This document shows positions 36,284-50,479 of a stretch of 64,000 bases of DNA, piece by piece (the first letter of the stretch is position 1; the number at the start of each line of letters is the position of its first letter). Position numbers and translations under genes: made by a program. The stretch comes from Centruroides vittatus (taxonomy: Eukaryota), in NCBI RefSeq assembly GCF_030686945.1, contig NW_027122668.1, positions 60,099-124,098 on the forward strand. The letters run 5' to 3'. The notes under the pieces are model-generated. The model worked only from the letters and a program-made list of their open reading frames with translations. It had not been told where the DNA came from and did no database searches.

Positions 36284-39200
36284 TTCACTTGGATAGAATT
36301 TTTGAGGATCCTGTAAGTGATTTGAATCACATGCATGTGTTTATTGCTGATCTTAATTTACATAAATGGGATCTTAAAGATATAGTAATCAAATGAAACT
36401 ATTGTATATTTTGATATCACACATTGCTTTTGCATATCTACTCGTTTGCATGGTAATTTGTGAGGATCCTACAAAGTAATAAAATTGTCTTCCTGAAATT
36501 ACCAGTGATTTATTTATTTATTACAAAGTACCAAGTTTTTAGGATAACTGTAGACTAAAGTTAACTCCACTATTATATAAAGAAGCAAATAATTTAATGT
36601 AGTAGTAAATACAAAAAAAGCAATCAAGCTTAACAAGTCATCAGGAATTAACATTAAAAATTGCCATTGCGTTGATTTGCATGATAATTTAGCATGGAAA
36701 ACAAGTTATAATTTTTATTTCCTGTTTTCTAGATATTATATTTTGCGATGGATTTAGAAGCGTGTAGAGAACAGACACACTGACGTTCTATTTTATATAC
36801 ATAGATAAATTGTATAAAATTGTATTCATAATTTTTGAAAGTTTTATTGTATTACACATCTATAATAAGATATTATTTATAAACTTAGGTTGAAGACCTG
36901 ATATGTAACTTTTTTTAATAAAATTTATAGCAATAAATAGTTTAAATATCGAATAACATTAAATTCTTTCGTCTAATTAATATTCTAATAAAAAACATCC
37001 ACTAATTACGATAAAAAATGCTTATAAAAAAAGTAAAAAAATAACAGTTTAAAACATTAAAACGAATTTCTTTAAGTCTTGTAATATATCACAGCACTAT
37101 CTCTTGAGTTTCTTGAATAGGAAACATGTCTGCAAAGGAAGAAACAAAAATAAAAAACATTGTTTTAAATAATACTTCGTATATACATTGAAATTAATCA
37201 TATATTAAAATTTCAAATACCATGATTATCAAACATTTAGCCATAGAAGTGCATGAAGTGCTCAGAGTTTCTTCTCTCCTGGATTCTTGGAAACTAAATT
37301 TGTAGATATTAATTGTTTTATAATCAGTTTATTTAATCTCAATGAACCATGACCTTTAACTTCAAAGTAAAAAATATTCATAATTAATGTCAATGTTCGT
37401 TTAAACGTGATTGCCAATAAGAACATTTATTCGACAACCCCGTTTTACCGTATTTGTTTGCCTCGTATTAATAGAAATTGGATTTATTTAACTAGATATA
37501 TAATTCTGTAGCATTACTGGCTTTCTATTGTTTAATAACATTCATACATATTCGAGTATCAATTCAAGTGCAAACCTCTCTACGAAGTCAAACTTCGTAT
37601 CCGGTTCAATAGTACAGATGTATAGTAAATTAATTTCACTTCCTTGTTTTTATAAACAGATATTTCAGGCGATATCATTGCAGTAAGCACTATATAAAAG
37701 CTTCAACAACACATACTCAGATTGTTTATTTAGTAGATAGACTGAAACCATAGGGCATAGAGTAAATAACTTATAAAAAAGAGAGAGAGATAATGTTTGT
37801 TTGCAAGTATCAGAAGTTCCTTAGATAAACTTACGACTTCCCAGTTCAAAGTGCTTTTGTTTTGTTTTAGCCTAATTTCGAAAATTAACTTCCTGTACAG
37901 GTACTGAACAAATTCCAATTCTTAGCAAGTAAACCAGTAGGATTTTGTCTCAGAGAAGAGCAAAATAAATGCTATATAGATCAATTCATTCATTAAAACC
38001 ATCATTCTTGAACGGACCTTCGTGTATCTTTATCAAAATTCATGTGAGAATCCCAATAGCACAGCTCCTGTACACGGCTTAAAGGAGGACCACGATCCGT
38101 ACACAATTGCTCTAAAGCATTGTTATTAGAAAAACGAACAGAGAAGAAAACAAAGCAAATCTCAAGAGAATCAATTGTCCTCCGATTTTCGCCTCTGTTT
38201 TGCTTAAGGATGATTTCTACTGAGGATTTCATGCTTATAATTTGATATTAAAATTTACTTATTTTGTTATTCACGTATCATAATCGTAACCATATATATT
38301 TTAATCCTTTCCATCCTAACGGTACTAAAAAGGGCCTTTCTTTCCCACCCTCCATGTGTTCAGCTAGGCACACAATGCAGTGACTAGATGGTGAGGGATT
38401 GAATCCAATGTATATATGACAACTGTAGGCCTATACATTATCCCGTATGCAAGCCAAAATACTGTATAGTCCTATTGGTAATTCATATTTTAGAAGGAAA
38501 AATTTTTTTTATTGTAAAATCGTAGAGAAAACGTGCAAGAGTTCGTATAACACTTCTTATACATCCATGGTAAAAAAGAAACGAAAATGGTGCCATATTT
38601 AAAATTTGACCGAATCGTCAATAGATGGAACTGCTGAAGCGTTATATTAGCGCCATTTATTGATAAAATCACTAAAATTACAGGTATTGTTTATTGATAA
38701 TATCAACAAACACAGCTGGATGGCCGAAGCGATAAGGTTTGGATCCCCAGAGCATCAGCTTGCAATTTGCTTGTTACAACAAGCTTTACAAGTTCGTAAC
38801 TTGTAAAGCTTGTAACAACTACAAGCGTTTTATGCAGTAAGGCTTTAGTGAAAAGGCCATTTTAATGCCTTCAGAGAGGGGGAGAATTTTAAAAAGTTGC
38901 AAACCCAGATGATATCATGTTCGATCATCCAGTTTTATCACAAAAGCTACTTTTGTATTCTATTAATTATGAGTAACCACAACGCTGTTTCTAAAGTGTA
39001 TCGCGTCCACGTCAGGCCTACTTTTTGAACCCCTTAGAAGTACCACAAGGGCACACACATAGACTAAAATAACGTAATGCAAGTGTTAACACTTGGATCG
39101 TTGAAAGTTTGCTTTCAACAATGTTTTGTTCCATTTTTGTAATTTCATAGTTCAAATAACACTTTTAATTGGGAATGTATTGGAAACTCCTTCAAAACGA

Positions 39201-39690
39201 TGCTTGCGTGTGGTGCACACCCTGCACCAAGGCCGTCGACAGGGAAGGAGAACTGAGGATTTTTCCCCGGGCACGGAGAAAACCTCAATATTAAACACTA
39301 CGATCTCTTTACATTATACAAAACAAGCTGTGTATGCCCTGCGTTGCTTGGGTCTTTCAAAGGGTGGAGGGTTAGTGAGGTGAATTGGGAGAGGGTTCTA
39401 AAAACAATGGTCTTAGTAACTAAAATGTACATTTATTTACCTCGGTATTTATAATAATGAAACTGCAAAACAAAAAAATTGCTCGAGTGTTTGTCCCATA
39501 GACTTAACATGTACGATATTTTTGCCACTTCACTTCTGAACCATTGTACCTTTCTCAAATCTCTCTTCAGCAGCATCGTCTACAGGGTCTACTTGAACTA
39601 TATTTTTACCTCCAGCCATTTACTCAAAGTATGACAAACTGAAACCCTCTTTTAATTAATAAGTTATATAGATAATTGCAAAGTAAAAAT

Positions 39691-41030
39691 TCACTTACCT
39701 CTATGAGAATCCTTATGTAAATCTCTAATATCATAACAATGCAAATGTTCGCACAATTCTCGGAAATTTTCAGTGTGTCTGGCAATAGATGATGATAATT
39801 TATTCAAAATTCCCTGTATTCTAGGTTTGTTTTTCGGACTGAATTGAATTAATTCGTTCTCGTATTGTCGACGAATTCTTATGAAACGTTTCCGTTTATC
39901 TGTGTTTAACATAGAATTTGATATTTTACGAATTATATTTCTATCTACCTAAGAATGAGAGCTTATACATTCACACACACAACGTCCCTCTAATGGTTAC
40001 GTTTTAGCTGTATTAAAAGGCGCTTTACTAGGCCACGCAGTCTTTCATTAAACAGAAAGCTGAGATATATTTTAAGGACTTATTAAATTTGGAACATATA
40101 TACAATTATTCGTGATTAAGTCGATTTAAATATAGGAACCGAATCAAGAACATGCAGCTATTCAAACCTGTTTTAGCCATTCTAAAAATATAGCTCTGTT
40201 AAATCACTACCCTTATATTTATTTATATTATAGTAGCCCTATAATGAAATTTACATAATACGTATAACTGCCATCTCTAAACAGCGGCCATTTTTAATTA
40301 CGAAATAATCTCCAAAACTACGCTCCCGTCAGTAGCCATTTTTTGGAGATTTTGCTGTATATCGCTTAAACAATGTTTGTATATTAGAAAGGGCCTACCT
40401 GCTCTTAAAACAGTCCAAATCTTCAATAATTCGAAACATTCACTTTTAACTGTTAATCTGTGCAATCTTCTTATTGAACAATGGGCGTCAAAAGAAAATA
40501 CACCCAAACTTTTAAAGTCTTCTCTTAGCATTTCGATGACAACGTTTCCATAAGGCAAAGAAATCATTTTTGAACGTACATCATATGCCTTGGCGAAATC
40601 GATTAAGACCATTTTAAACAGGTTATCTTCCAGAAACTTGAACTTAAATATAAATTATTTTCTAAAAGTTTCTCCATAAATACATTACAAAAGTCAATAA
40701 TTAATTACATACCACGACATTACTCCTCAATCTTGTCCATGGTAACGCAGTTTTTATGAACTCCATATTGCTAATTAAGAGCAAGTTTATTGAATTTCTT
40801 GTGACGTGCGTATGGTAACTTGGTTTCGAATAGTTTATCAGTTCCTATTTTAATATAATAAAATTAATTATTTTAAAAAAATAATTCTAAGATTTAGACT
40901 AAAAAACTGAACTTACTGTAATTGCATTTCTTTGAAGAGCCATTGATCTATAAACGCCTTCCGAAACCACTAACTTACAATTCTTAAGGGGTTTACAATC
41001 ATTTAGAAATGAAGCTACTCGGATCTCTTA
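39691..41030 (-). pseudogene. Diverged reverse-transcriptase-like remnant, copy 0 (RT motifs 1 and A recognisable; frameshifts)
   Basis: Minus-strand translations carry GVYRSMALQRNAIT (motif 1, like YRPISLL), VLIDFAKAYDVRSKMISLPYGN (motif A, like LDFxKAFD), and a distal block FIRIRRQYENELIQF...CEHLHCYD. The segments are in different frames. Confidence 0.4.
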
Positions 41031-41152
41031 AACAAAAAATATTGTTTTAGTCATAATATTTTTTTAGTGTAGACGAATAAATAAAATATAGAGTACAAGA
41101 CGTAGTAGTAGATCAACGAATTTATATCATAAATGAAAATCAAAGGTATTGA

Positions 41153-41336
41153 GATGACGCCATTGGCGTAGCCAGGGTTTTGTTATGGGGGGCCTAGTAG
41201 AGGCTGTAATTTTCTGGGGATGGGCACAAGGTTAACTGGAGGGGCCGCGCTGTAATTTTCTGGGGAGGAGCACCAGGTTAAGTGGGGAAGCCGTGCCCAC
41301 CCATGCCCCTTCCTGGCTACGTCCATGGATGACGCC
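41153..41336. mobile_element. Small MITE-like element, inverted termini (GAT)GACGCC...CGTAGCCAGG with two internal ~50-bp tandem units
   Basis: GACGCCATTGGCGTAGCCAGG at the left is inverted at the right (CCTGGCTACGTCCATGGATGACGCC). The internal unit GCTGTAATTTTCTGGGGA appears twice. Confidence 0.45.
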
Positions 41337-42257
41337 CGTTTTCAAAATTGCTTAAATTTGTTGAATCTTTCCTGTATTTTATTATTTCAAACTACCGTAC
41401 ATTTACTTTTAGTGAAATAATTTCATTAAAATTGTATACTTTTGAAATTAATATATATTAACAAAACTAAATATAACGTTCAAGGGTGGGTTTGCGAATT
41501 GATGCGTTAAATATATAATAATATTAAAAATTATTATTAAACAAATTTAAATACTTGATTCGATTATTCTAATTTAATATATCGAATTAATGTGTTAAAA
41601 CATAATACAAATAACTTTACTTAGATTGGTATTGCTAATGCCTCTTAAATTTCGACTTGTAATGTGATTGGCTTGCATGTGTGCCGGGTAAAGATCTCCC
41701 CCCTCAGTAAACAATGCTATGCACTATAAGAAAATTGTAATTAAAATCCGCATAAATATATATATTTAATTTTAAAAAATCCATCATGTTTGGTATTTCT
41801 GAAAACCGCATCAAAATTCACTGAGGTATAAATTTTTAATGTTGCTCTTGATTTTTGGTTCGTCCTATACTTTTCTGCTTAAAGTTTACATTCAACTTTT
41901 TCAAATGACGAATGAAATAGAATTGAAACGTCACAAAATATTTCGCATGACGTAAAGATCGGGTCTGCTGTTGTAAAAAAAAAAAGCGCGTCTGGATACG
42001 TGGGTTCTGTTCCATCATCCAGCCAGTCCATTGTGGGCTTGATCCTCACATAAGCCACAATGGGATCATAATGTGAGCCAAACACAGTGGGCAATGAGGG
42101 CCTAGCCTTTTTTCCTTACCTCACGATGGATATAGGAAAAGACCTCTTATTGCCCAAGGTGGTTAAAAAGAGGAAAAATTACATATTTTAAAATTAATCT
42201 ATTATTTCTAACTCTTGTTATTATGAGATATATCAATTTGTTTTACAATAAATATTT

Positions 42258-43240
42258 CTACATACCTGATTTACATTCCCGGAAAACGTAACTAGGATCG
42301 TAACAATCGAAGTTATATACCACGTCACTCAATACTTTTACATCTAGTCCATGTACCATTTTTAACAATTTTTGTATCGTTTTAATTAATTTGTTATAAA
42401 CTTCGTTTTTATGTTTATCTCGAAGTGGTTCAAACGTTTTTTCAATGTCATCTAATTTTAAAAACAAATTAAGAAGAATGAGTTAATGTTACCTTAGGTT
42501 CCAAGATGGCGGTTCGTCTATGATTCCAACAAGGAAACAGTGGGAGGGAACGCACGTTTTCCTAAACCTAACCTATTCTAATAAATTACCATAATTATTA
42601 GCAACCAAATTATTAGAATAGGTTAGGTTTAGGAAAACGTGCATCCCCACTGTTTCCTTGCTGGAATCAGAGACAAGCCGCCATCTTGGAACCTAAGGTA
42701 ACATTAACCGAAGAAGGTATAACACAATAAATTACAGCGGCAGTTAATCTGTAAAAGAAGGAATTTCAACTTAAAGTTTCGTACGTATTTTGAAGATAAT
42801 GCAAAACTTGATTCTCTCTATTAATTCTTCATCCGCTACTACTTTAAATTGGTTGAACCAAAAAAACATTTCTACAAATTCTCGAACGTGGTAATCTTGG
42901 CTGGCTGAAGGAAAGAAGGTGAAGTACTTAAATTCCGCTTTGAATGCATCGAACTTCAGGGCAAAATCCAGTAGGACAAGTTTAAAAAAGTGATCATCCA
43001 AGTGATCATCCAACTGTTCCCACTTGAAAATATTAAATATATGAATATTACAAAGATTTATAACGATCACTTAATTTTCAAACGAAATTCATACCATAGT
43101 TTCATGTTCCATGTTAGATAGTTGCTCTCTCAAGAGTGATTCCATATTGTCGATCATAATTAAAGTAAGGATAATTTTCATCTTATTTCTGTCGCTTAAA
43201 TTCAGGAAATGACTATTTTCGTATAATTCCTACGAGAAAA
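42258..43240 (-). pseudogene. Diverged RT-like remnant, copy 1
   Basis: SHFLNLSDRNKMKIILTLIMIDNMESLLREQL, then FFKLVLLDFALKFDAFKAEFKYFTFFP (motif A-like), then a distal block LDDIEKTFEPLRDKHKNEVYNKLIKTIQ...FDCYDPSYVF. A stop lies immediately between the blocks. Homologous block-by-block to copies 0, 2 and 3. Confidence 0.4.
42482..42709. mobile_element. Second copy of the GTTAATGTTACC MITE family
   Basis: Same TIRs (GTTAATGTTACCTTAGGTTCCAAGATGGCGG...). Flanked by the imperfect duplication GAAGAAT/GAAGAAG. A third truncated copy sits at ~46147-46200. Confidence 0.65.
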
Positions 43241-44595
43241 ATTTTATGTTAACATTAAATTTGCGTGTCTGAACGGTTGATGCTAGGCCTTCGTATAGCT
43301 ATAAATTCAAATTTTATTAAGAAAACAACAATTAAATGCCACGTTTAACCATTTTAAAAATTAAATAACAGTCATAAGAAAAAGTTTAAAAAAAAAAAGT
43401 ATCTAGTAAGGGCTCTTGCTCTACTTTCTGGCACTGGAACGGGTTTACAAAATAACTTTTATATTATTAATTATTATAAAAAGGCAAAAAGTGCTTAATT
43501 TTAATAGTAGAGACGAGTTTTTAAAACTATTGTAAATGTCAATAACAATTAAAATTTTCATTAAGTTCAAACCCATTTGATGAACCACTCTACCTCTTCA
43601 CTCCTTGAATTGCGTACGCCACAATACGCATCAACCCTCTTATATACAAGCTACCACGCCAGATTTTGTTTCCTACGTTCAATTGTCGAGATGTACAAAA
43701 AAATACACGGAAAAAATTTTACATAATTACACATAATTTTACATAATTACTTTCTCGTGTTATTAAAGCCGGGAAAGTAAAGTTAATGGGCATGCGTGTG
43801 TAATCACAAATGCTCACATGCTTAGCACTCGACACAGATGCTCGGGTATGCAGTTCCATAGACAGGCCCTCGAGAATACACCTGTAGAAGAAACGGGACG
43901 ATGTGACTTACGAATATTGTGAGAAAGCAAAATATCTTCCATTAAACAGAAGAATTTTTTGAAAAGACTGTAATTATTTATTTATTTTACTAAATCAGCG
44001 GCGAATCTAGCTGAACCCAAAAGGGGCTAACTCAAAACTTTACAATATTTGAATATTTAATAAGAATGTTTCATTAATAAGTGTACGATGAGTGTATTTG
44101 CCGTCACATTTGATTCCTTCAAATGAAACAACTCAGACGTATAATTCAAGTATGTGATTTATTGTACACATGACAATTTACAGCCACAATACACTCGACA
44201 CTGAACAACTGCCTCTTTCGTTTAGAAGTACAGTACCCTTCCTTTGTCCTGTACAGTAGCGTCCTACTCTCTCTCAAAATTTTCAGTGTTTCCACTACAG
44301 TTTGTTTCATTTCAAGGAATCGAATAAATGTTTATAAAAATGACATTTAGATGTTTAAATAAATAAATTTTAACGGGTTTTTATGTCAATGTGAAGGAGT
44401 TAAGCCCCTGTAGCCTTGTGGATCCGCTCTTCTAGCCTTTCGCCCATAACCCGAGATAACTCGGGCGTGAGCTTTAAGAAGCCCTCAAAAATGACTTATA
44501 ACTTTTCCAAAAATGTATGGATCAGCATATATACATCGTTATCTATGATCTATGCAAATTTCATGAATTATTTTGGCCGCGAAAATATTTTATGG

Positions 44596-44760
44596 CGATT
44601 TTTTAATTCGTCTAACTTCACTCAGACTCTATTAAATCATAACACAAAAAACACCTTGATGCTGAGAACGTTTAAATTTAATCAAAAACAAACGTTTTCG
44701 GCCCACTCCATGAGCCATCGTCAGGCTAACTACATTCGAATATAATTTCGAACAAGCAAT
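44596..44760. repeat. Single-arm relative of the 52716-53052 foldback family
   Basis: Shared strings include CACTCAGACTCT, CTGAGAACGTTTAAATTTAATCAAAAACAAACGTTTTC and TTCGAATAT(A)ATTTCGAACAA. Confidence 0.55.
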
Positions 44761-45187
44761 TTCAAATTGAAATAAACTACAAAAAAAGAACTCACGCGCT
44801 ACGCTGGATAACGTAAACCAAAACTAATATAAACAACATAGAAAATAATAAAATAAAATATGTTAATGTTACATGTGTACATTGTGAAAATCTATAGTCT
44901 ATAGATTTTCACAATGATTTTAATTAAACTAGAATTAAATTTAAACTAGATTTTTTAATTAGATAATTAATCGCACTATTGTTTTTTAAATTCCTACTAT
45001 TAGTTCACACTCTCCCTATATATATATATATCTTGTTCAAATTTTCAATCGTTAATAAAATACTTTTTATTCATCCACTTAGGTTCAAATACATTTTTTT
45101 AAACTTGTAGTGGATGACACTTGATGTTAATACAGTTTTTTCAAATATTAATTCATTAATTAAATTTTATTATTGGTTAATATTACC

Positions 45188-45500
45188 TGTGGTATCGAAG
45201 ATGGCGACGGGGAATTTTTCCCCTAGATACTAGACGGCGACAGGAGGAAATTGTTTTTTCCCTACGTTCGAGATGGCCACGTTTCCGGTAATCTCGAATC
45301 AGATTCACGAGTGATAATCTCGAATCAGATTATCGAGTGATAATTTGGAAGCAGATTAACAATGGATAATTTCGAAGTAGAATACAGAGTGATCTAAACG
45401 TTAGGGGGCGAACCCGTACTATCTTCGCATTATGCAAATAAATAAATTTCCCCGTCGCCGTCTAGTATCTAGGGAAAAAAATTTCCCTAGTAGGAATTGA
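45188..45500. repeat. Foldback/MITE with CCCTAGATACTAGACGGCGAC inverted arms and internal ~24-bp tandem repeats
   Basis: GGGGAATTTTTCCCCTAGATACTAGACGGCGAC at ~45215 is inverted at ~45455-45490. The loop carries 3 copies of (T)CGAATCAGATTA(T)CGAGTGATAAT. Confidence 0.6.
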
Positions 45501-48165
45501 CTTTAAAAAAAATTTTTTATATTACTTGTTTTATGGGAGTTTTATCAAATTAATTAAATCGTTCCAAACTTCCATTTGACCGATTTGACTTTGGTAAAAG
45601 TTTTTAAAACTCTATTGGATATTATTATGACATCAGCAGGTTTTTTTGTTTTTTATTCAGTAAAACTTTTTTCCCATACCTTTTTTTCGGTCCCCTCGTG
45701 TTTTAATAGCAAAAATATCGAAAATATTGTGTTATATTTGAACAGATGCGGTAAAGTTAGCTCCTCTCCGGTTTATACCAATATTCCCCTGAAGCATGAG
45801 AACTACCCGGGAAAGCTGACACCAGCTGTTCTCAAGGACAACCGGTTGGTAAACAATGTAGACTGCACGTGTGAAATTTCACGCCTTATTAAATGAAATA
45901 ATAATAATCCGTGCAGCTATATTTTTCAAATAAAATCATTCATTTTAAATTATTTTTAATTTTTTATATAGTTTTTCTGTAAAAACACTTTTTGGGGGTG
46001 TTTATTTCGCGGCAATTATTTCCCGGCAAATTTTTTTACTAATCAGATTCGCATTTGAATGGGAATAATTATTTAATATAAAAAATAAATTACTTGGGGG
46101 TTTTCCAAGCGCCATTCCATGAGGAACAAAGTAACGAAGGAGTTAATGGTTAATGTTACCTATGGTTCCAAGATAGCGGCTCGTCTCTGATTCCAGCAAA
46201 TAACAATTTAAACAATTTTCTGACTAATATAATTAAAATTATTTAAACTTACAGTGAGGGCTTTTCTTTTTAACATGTTGTTCCCAATAGCCATTTTATG
46301 CTGCAAAGCGTATATTATTTCCATTTTCTTAGGTACAACTAATTTATATTTTTTAGGCAATACGACGAAATGCTGAATTTCACTTTTGCGTATTTTAAAT
46401 GAGTAATACAACACTAACAAACGAGCTGAAAAATAAAATGATTCATTTAAATTATTTTCAAAATTTATTTCTCTAAATTCTTTGTAAAATATATTTATCG
46501 CGATAGCTTAAAAAATACGTATTGAAAATTTGGGATTTTCATTTCACAATCACATAACTGCTAACTTGATCTTATCAATGTCGTCTATTCAGAAGCTCGA
46601 TCGAGACCAAAACAATATCCATCACGCAAAACGTGAAAAAATGCAGCAGCTCTGAAAGAGGCGATTGGAACCTATCACAGCTGTAGACCATGCCCACAGG
46701 ATTAAAATGCCAAATGGTGATCTATATGCAACCCTTCGCGAGATACAGCCCTCTGAAAGCAGCCTATCTGAACTTTTAAATACTGGGGTAAAATTTAATC
46801 AAGTAACAACAGCCGAAACTGCACTTCTGGATGTATAGTTCTTACGTCACTATTCATAAAGATGAGGTGTGAATTCTCGGGTATTCATTGGTGATAGTTC
46901 CACTTATCGATAATTTTTTAAACTAATGTCCCTCTTGTCAAAGAACTCCCATGCTGACAATACTTACCATGCAAACTGCATTTCACTCCAATAATTCTCC
47001 CATCTTTTTAAAATTTTCAGATTTTTTATGGTCTTTTTGCCCACTATGTATTATACACGGACTGTTTACTACACTGCTATATCTCACGAAAGACCATCGG
47101 TTAGTTTGCCTTTTTTTAAATCCTATTGGCATGGTATACAGCTCTGGTAAGGACGTATCGCCTCATTCGAGAGCTGCAATTTTACTCATACATCAAAAAA
47201 CATGAAAGCAAATCAAACTTTTGACAAATATACAGGATTAATTAAGATGCACAACTTACACGTAAATAAGAGTTAATACATAATTTTTAATTTTTAATTA
47301 ATATATTTAAATACAGCCAACTTACGAATGTTAATCTTTCCATTATGAAAACAATACATTCTTTTAAATGCGTAACAATACGTTTCACGAACTTTAGCGG
47401 GTTGATTTAAGATGGCAGATTCCATTTCATTTCTAAAATTGTCAAAAACATGTTCATTTATATTTCTCTTGTTTTCTAATTTTGGTATGGAGTTATAAAG
47501 CTTTAAAATTGCTTCCACTAATTGCGTAGTATTATTTTTCATTATCTTAAATACATAAAAGTGCAGAAATATTTTATAAAAATCCTGTAAAATAAAATTT
47601 TTAATTAAGAATTATGGTTTTATTTTAAATATATTAACAATATTACTCACTTTAATATAACTTCAAAGTTAAAAACACTTAAAATGCACTCTTAGTTAAA
47701 GGTCACCTTCTCCCTTCGCACAAAGATTTTATAACTTTTCCATCCCTCTGGAATTATTCGACATTAATTAAATATATTTTTTAAAATATATTTTAATTTC
47801 GTTTATTTAAATAAATATTTTAAATAAATTTTACTGACATTTGTAGTAAAATTGACGGTAATTCAAATACAAATAATTTTAAGTAGTTAACGATATACTT
47901 TGGTCTTTCCAAAACCGTATTAATATAAAACCGTATCAAAATAAAAGGTTTATTATATAATATTAATAAATAATTAATAAGAATAAGTGTATTTATTAAT
48001 ATCTGCTTTATAAAACTGAATTTTGGCATTTAAATATTGAAGCTAAGTAATTGAATGGATGGAATAAGGCAACGCAATACTTGGACGATTTGCTTCCCAG
48101 GAGGACTTTTATGGAAACTGTTCCCTAATTACATGTTACATATGTGAAGAAAACCCGAATGATCC

Positions 48166-48350
48166 TACATGGATGACACCCGATCCAGTGTTCGGTAGTT
48201 TTATCCACTCGGCCACTGGTTTAGCGGATATACAGATTCAAGGTCTGTTATATTTAATCTTTGCTGGATTAACCAGGCCAGAATCGAATATGTTTTCAAT
48301 GAGCCAGGAGCGCAAGATCACTGTCACGTTGTTGGGCGTGTGGGGATCGT
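48166..48350 (+). mobile_element. SINE-like repeat, third partial copy
   Basis: GGTAGTTTTATCCACTCGGCCACTGGTTTAG resembles the head of the 9577 family. Confidence 0.4.
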
Positions 48351-49976
48351 TTTGTTTCAGTTTCAAAAATCAATTTTGTAAAAGCCATGGTTTTTTTCGT
48401 GGTTTTGTGATGTTAGGTGTTTGTGGGAATGTGTTTTTGAAGTCTTAATCAACAAAACTACTCAAAATATATCGTTTTTATTTATTTATAACGAAAACAA
48501 AAAAGTATTACGTTTTAGGAATTTTTCAGGAAAAAATCGTCAACTTTAGAAGCGCATTTTACAAACTGTAGACAAGTCTGTTGCTATCTAAGCTCTTATT
48601 CGCTTTCTTGTATGTGTCTTTTAACAGTTTCAACTAATAAATGTTTAGTTACCACCCCCGGGCCATAAATATTTCAGTGTTTCCAAAAATACACCCCCTA
48701 AAATTGTAGATCAACTAGAGGAAAAAAGGCAGATTATTGGCAGATAACATCGATAGTAAACTTTTTTTACACTGTAATTGGTTAATTTCTTTGTCTGTTG
48801 TTAGATCCACCCGTAAAAACAATTGCCGGAAAAATTCCTGCAAAATGCCATGCACCCGCAGACTACCACTTCGAATTATGTAAACAATCGCTATAAAATC
48901 GCATGTTTTAATCGTTCTTTCACTTCTAATTTGCTAATGAAAAAGTGTTTGACAGTATTTAGACGAATAAACATGTTTTCAAAACCGTTTAGTCATAAAT
49001 ATTCCCGGGAAAGTCCACCTTTCAAACTTTTAATGCTAAGTCTATGGGTGACATTTTTGCCGTTAATTGGCTTTGAAAATCCTATTTATTCGCCTTCTAT
49101 GCTCCAATTGATCATTTCTATCATGACTGACCCGATATCAAGCAATGAACGTTCTTTCAGAACCATAACTCGGTTCCACCCCTCGGTTAGTCGCTCTAAT
49201 TAAACTTCCTCCGTTAGGCGTGCAGGGTACCACGGTTACCCCCTGAACTTCAGTGTGGCTTCCTGTAAAAAATTTTTCTCGCACAAATTTGAAATTTTTT
49301 AGTGCGATCTTCAGTACTTTGAAGGAAGGTACTGAGGACGTTATTTTTTAGCATTTAATAGATTAAAAATACACTGACTTAAAAATGGCTGGGGTACTCC
49401 TGCACCCCTTGCAGGTAATTAAAAACAATGGTAAGAAAATTTTGCCCGATCGCATTGCACGGAACCGTTAGTGACGAGTATTCAAGAAGTTGATTAAACT
49501 TGTTGCTACTTATAGAGATTAAAGTTAACGAATAATTAGAGTTTAAAATCCCTCAAGAAGTTAGAATGAACACGATAGGGGGGAAACTACAAGAAATCAT
49601 GTTGAAATTCTAAAGCTGCATATATATTCGTAATTCGTAAAGTCATATACCTCATTATTTAGGCCATGCTATTCAAAATGAAATATCTGTTTTAGTAAGT
49701 GGCATAAAATCAGAAATCAAGGAAATTATAATGAAAGCAAAATATTTTTCGATAAATTTCGACTGCACGCCGGATGCCACTCAAAATGAACAGATACATT
49801 TGTAGTAAGAATTCTAAATGTTGACACTTCTGATGTTTGAGTTCGAGAATTAGTTTTTGGATGTTATCAGACACTGCAGATTTATAAAGGGTGGGAAAGA
49901 AAGTCACTTAACACCTCTGCTACAAAATATAGAATGTACTCAAAGTTAATTCGTTCATGTCAGGAGCACATTAGAC

Positions 49977-50013
49977 CAATGGGAAACAGATTAACCGCTC
50001 GGCCACCTCGTCG
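49977..50013 (-). pseudogene. Truncated tRNA-Ser(GCT) pseudo-copy (5' acceptor/D-arm joined to part of the anticodon stem)
   Basis: The reverse complement GACGAGGTGGCCGAGCGGTTAA|tctgtttc|CCATTGG matches tRNA-Ser positions 1-22, then shows an internal deletion/replacement. It marks the outer end of the left inverted-repeat arm. Confidence 0.6.
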
Positions 50014-50385
50014 TATTCTCACTTTTCGATACATGCATTTTCACCAATCTCTCCACAACGGTTGGCACCAATTAGAATATTGGCTGCAGTAGCATGACTA
50101 ATGATCGGGAGCGATGACACTTACCATAATTAATAACCCGAGAGACTATGCCAAAGCGTCAACAATTCGTCTCGGTAAACACTGAAGGATTTATTTCAAA
50201 TTTCGCAATATGCCGACTTTTTTTGTGTATTTCTTCTTACATCTGATTTGCCGAATGCCAACGTTCCGAAACGATGTAATGCTGAACGCTCAAAATGCGA
50301 AACCTAACCAGCAGTAACATTACTAAATAAACGAATTTGGCATAAACAAAGTACTTCACGTACGTTTGTAGATTTTTCGTTCGCT

Positions 50386-50468
50386 CCGTCGATAGCTCAG
50401 GTGGTAGAGCGGTGGACTGTAGGGGAGTAGTTATCCATATGTCGGTGGTTCAAATCCGCCTCGACGGA
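50386..50468 (+). tRNA. tRNA-Tyr (anticodon GTA) with ~10-nt intron
   Basis: CCGTCGATAGCTCAGGTGGTAGAGCGGTGGACTGTAG[gggagtagtt]ATCCATATGTCGGTGGTTCAAATCCGCCTCGACGGA. Acceptor stem CCGTCGA/TCGACGG, GTA anticodon in a 7-nt loop, intron immediately 3' of position 37, T-arm GGTGG-TTCAAAT-CCGCC. Near-identical to vertebrate and insect tRNA-Tyr. Confidence 0.9.
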
Positions 50469-50473
50469 GGAAC

Positions 50474-50479
50474 TTTTTT
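50474..50479 (+). terminator. Pol III terminator T-run downstream of tRNA-Tyr
   Basis: T6 run 5 nt after the tRNA 3' end. Confidence 0.6.

Noticed and set aside
40298-40612. ORF 40298-40612(-) as a stand-alone protein-coding gene
   Set aside because: It is the motif-A segment of RT-like remnant copy 0, with no independent start or continuation.
42771-43070. ORF starts given as M in the six-frame track
   Set aside because: At 43070 and 61690 the first codon is GTG on the minus strand. The track evidently allows alternative starts, so ORF 5' ends were not treated as real initiation sites.
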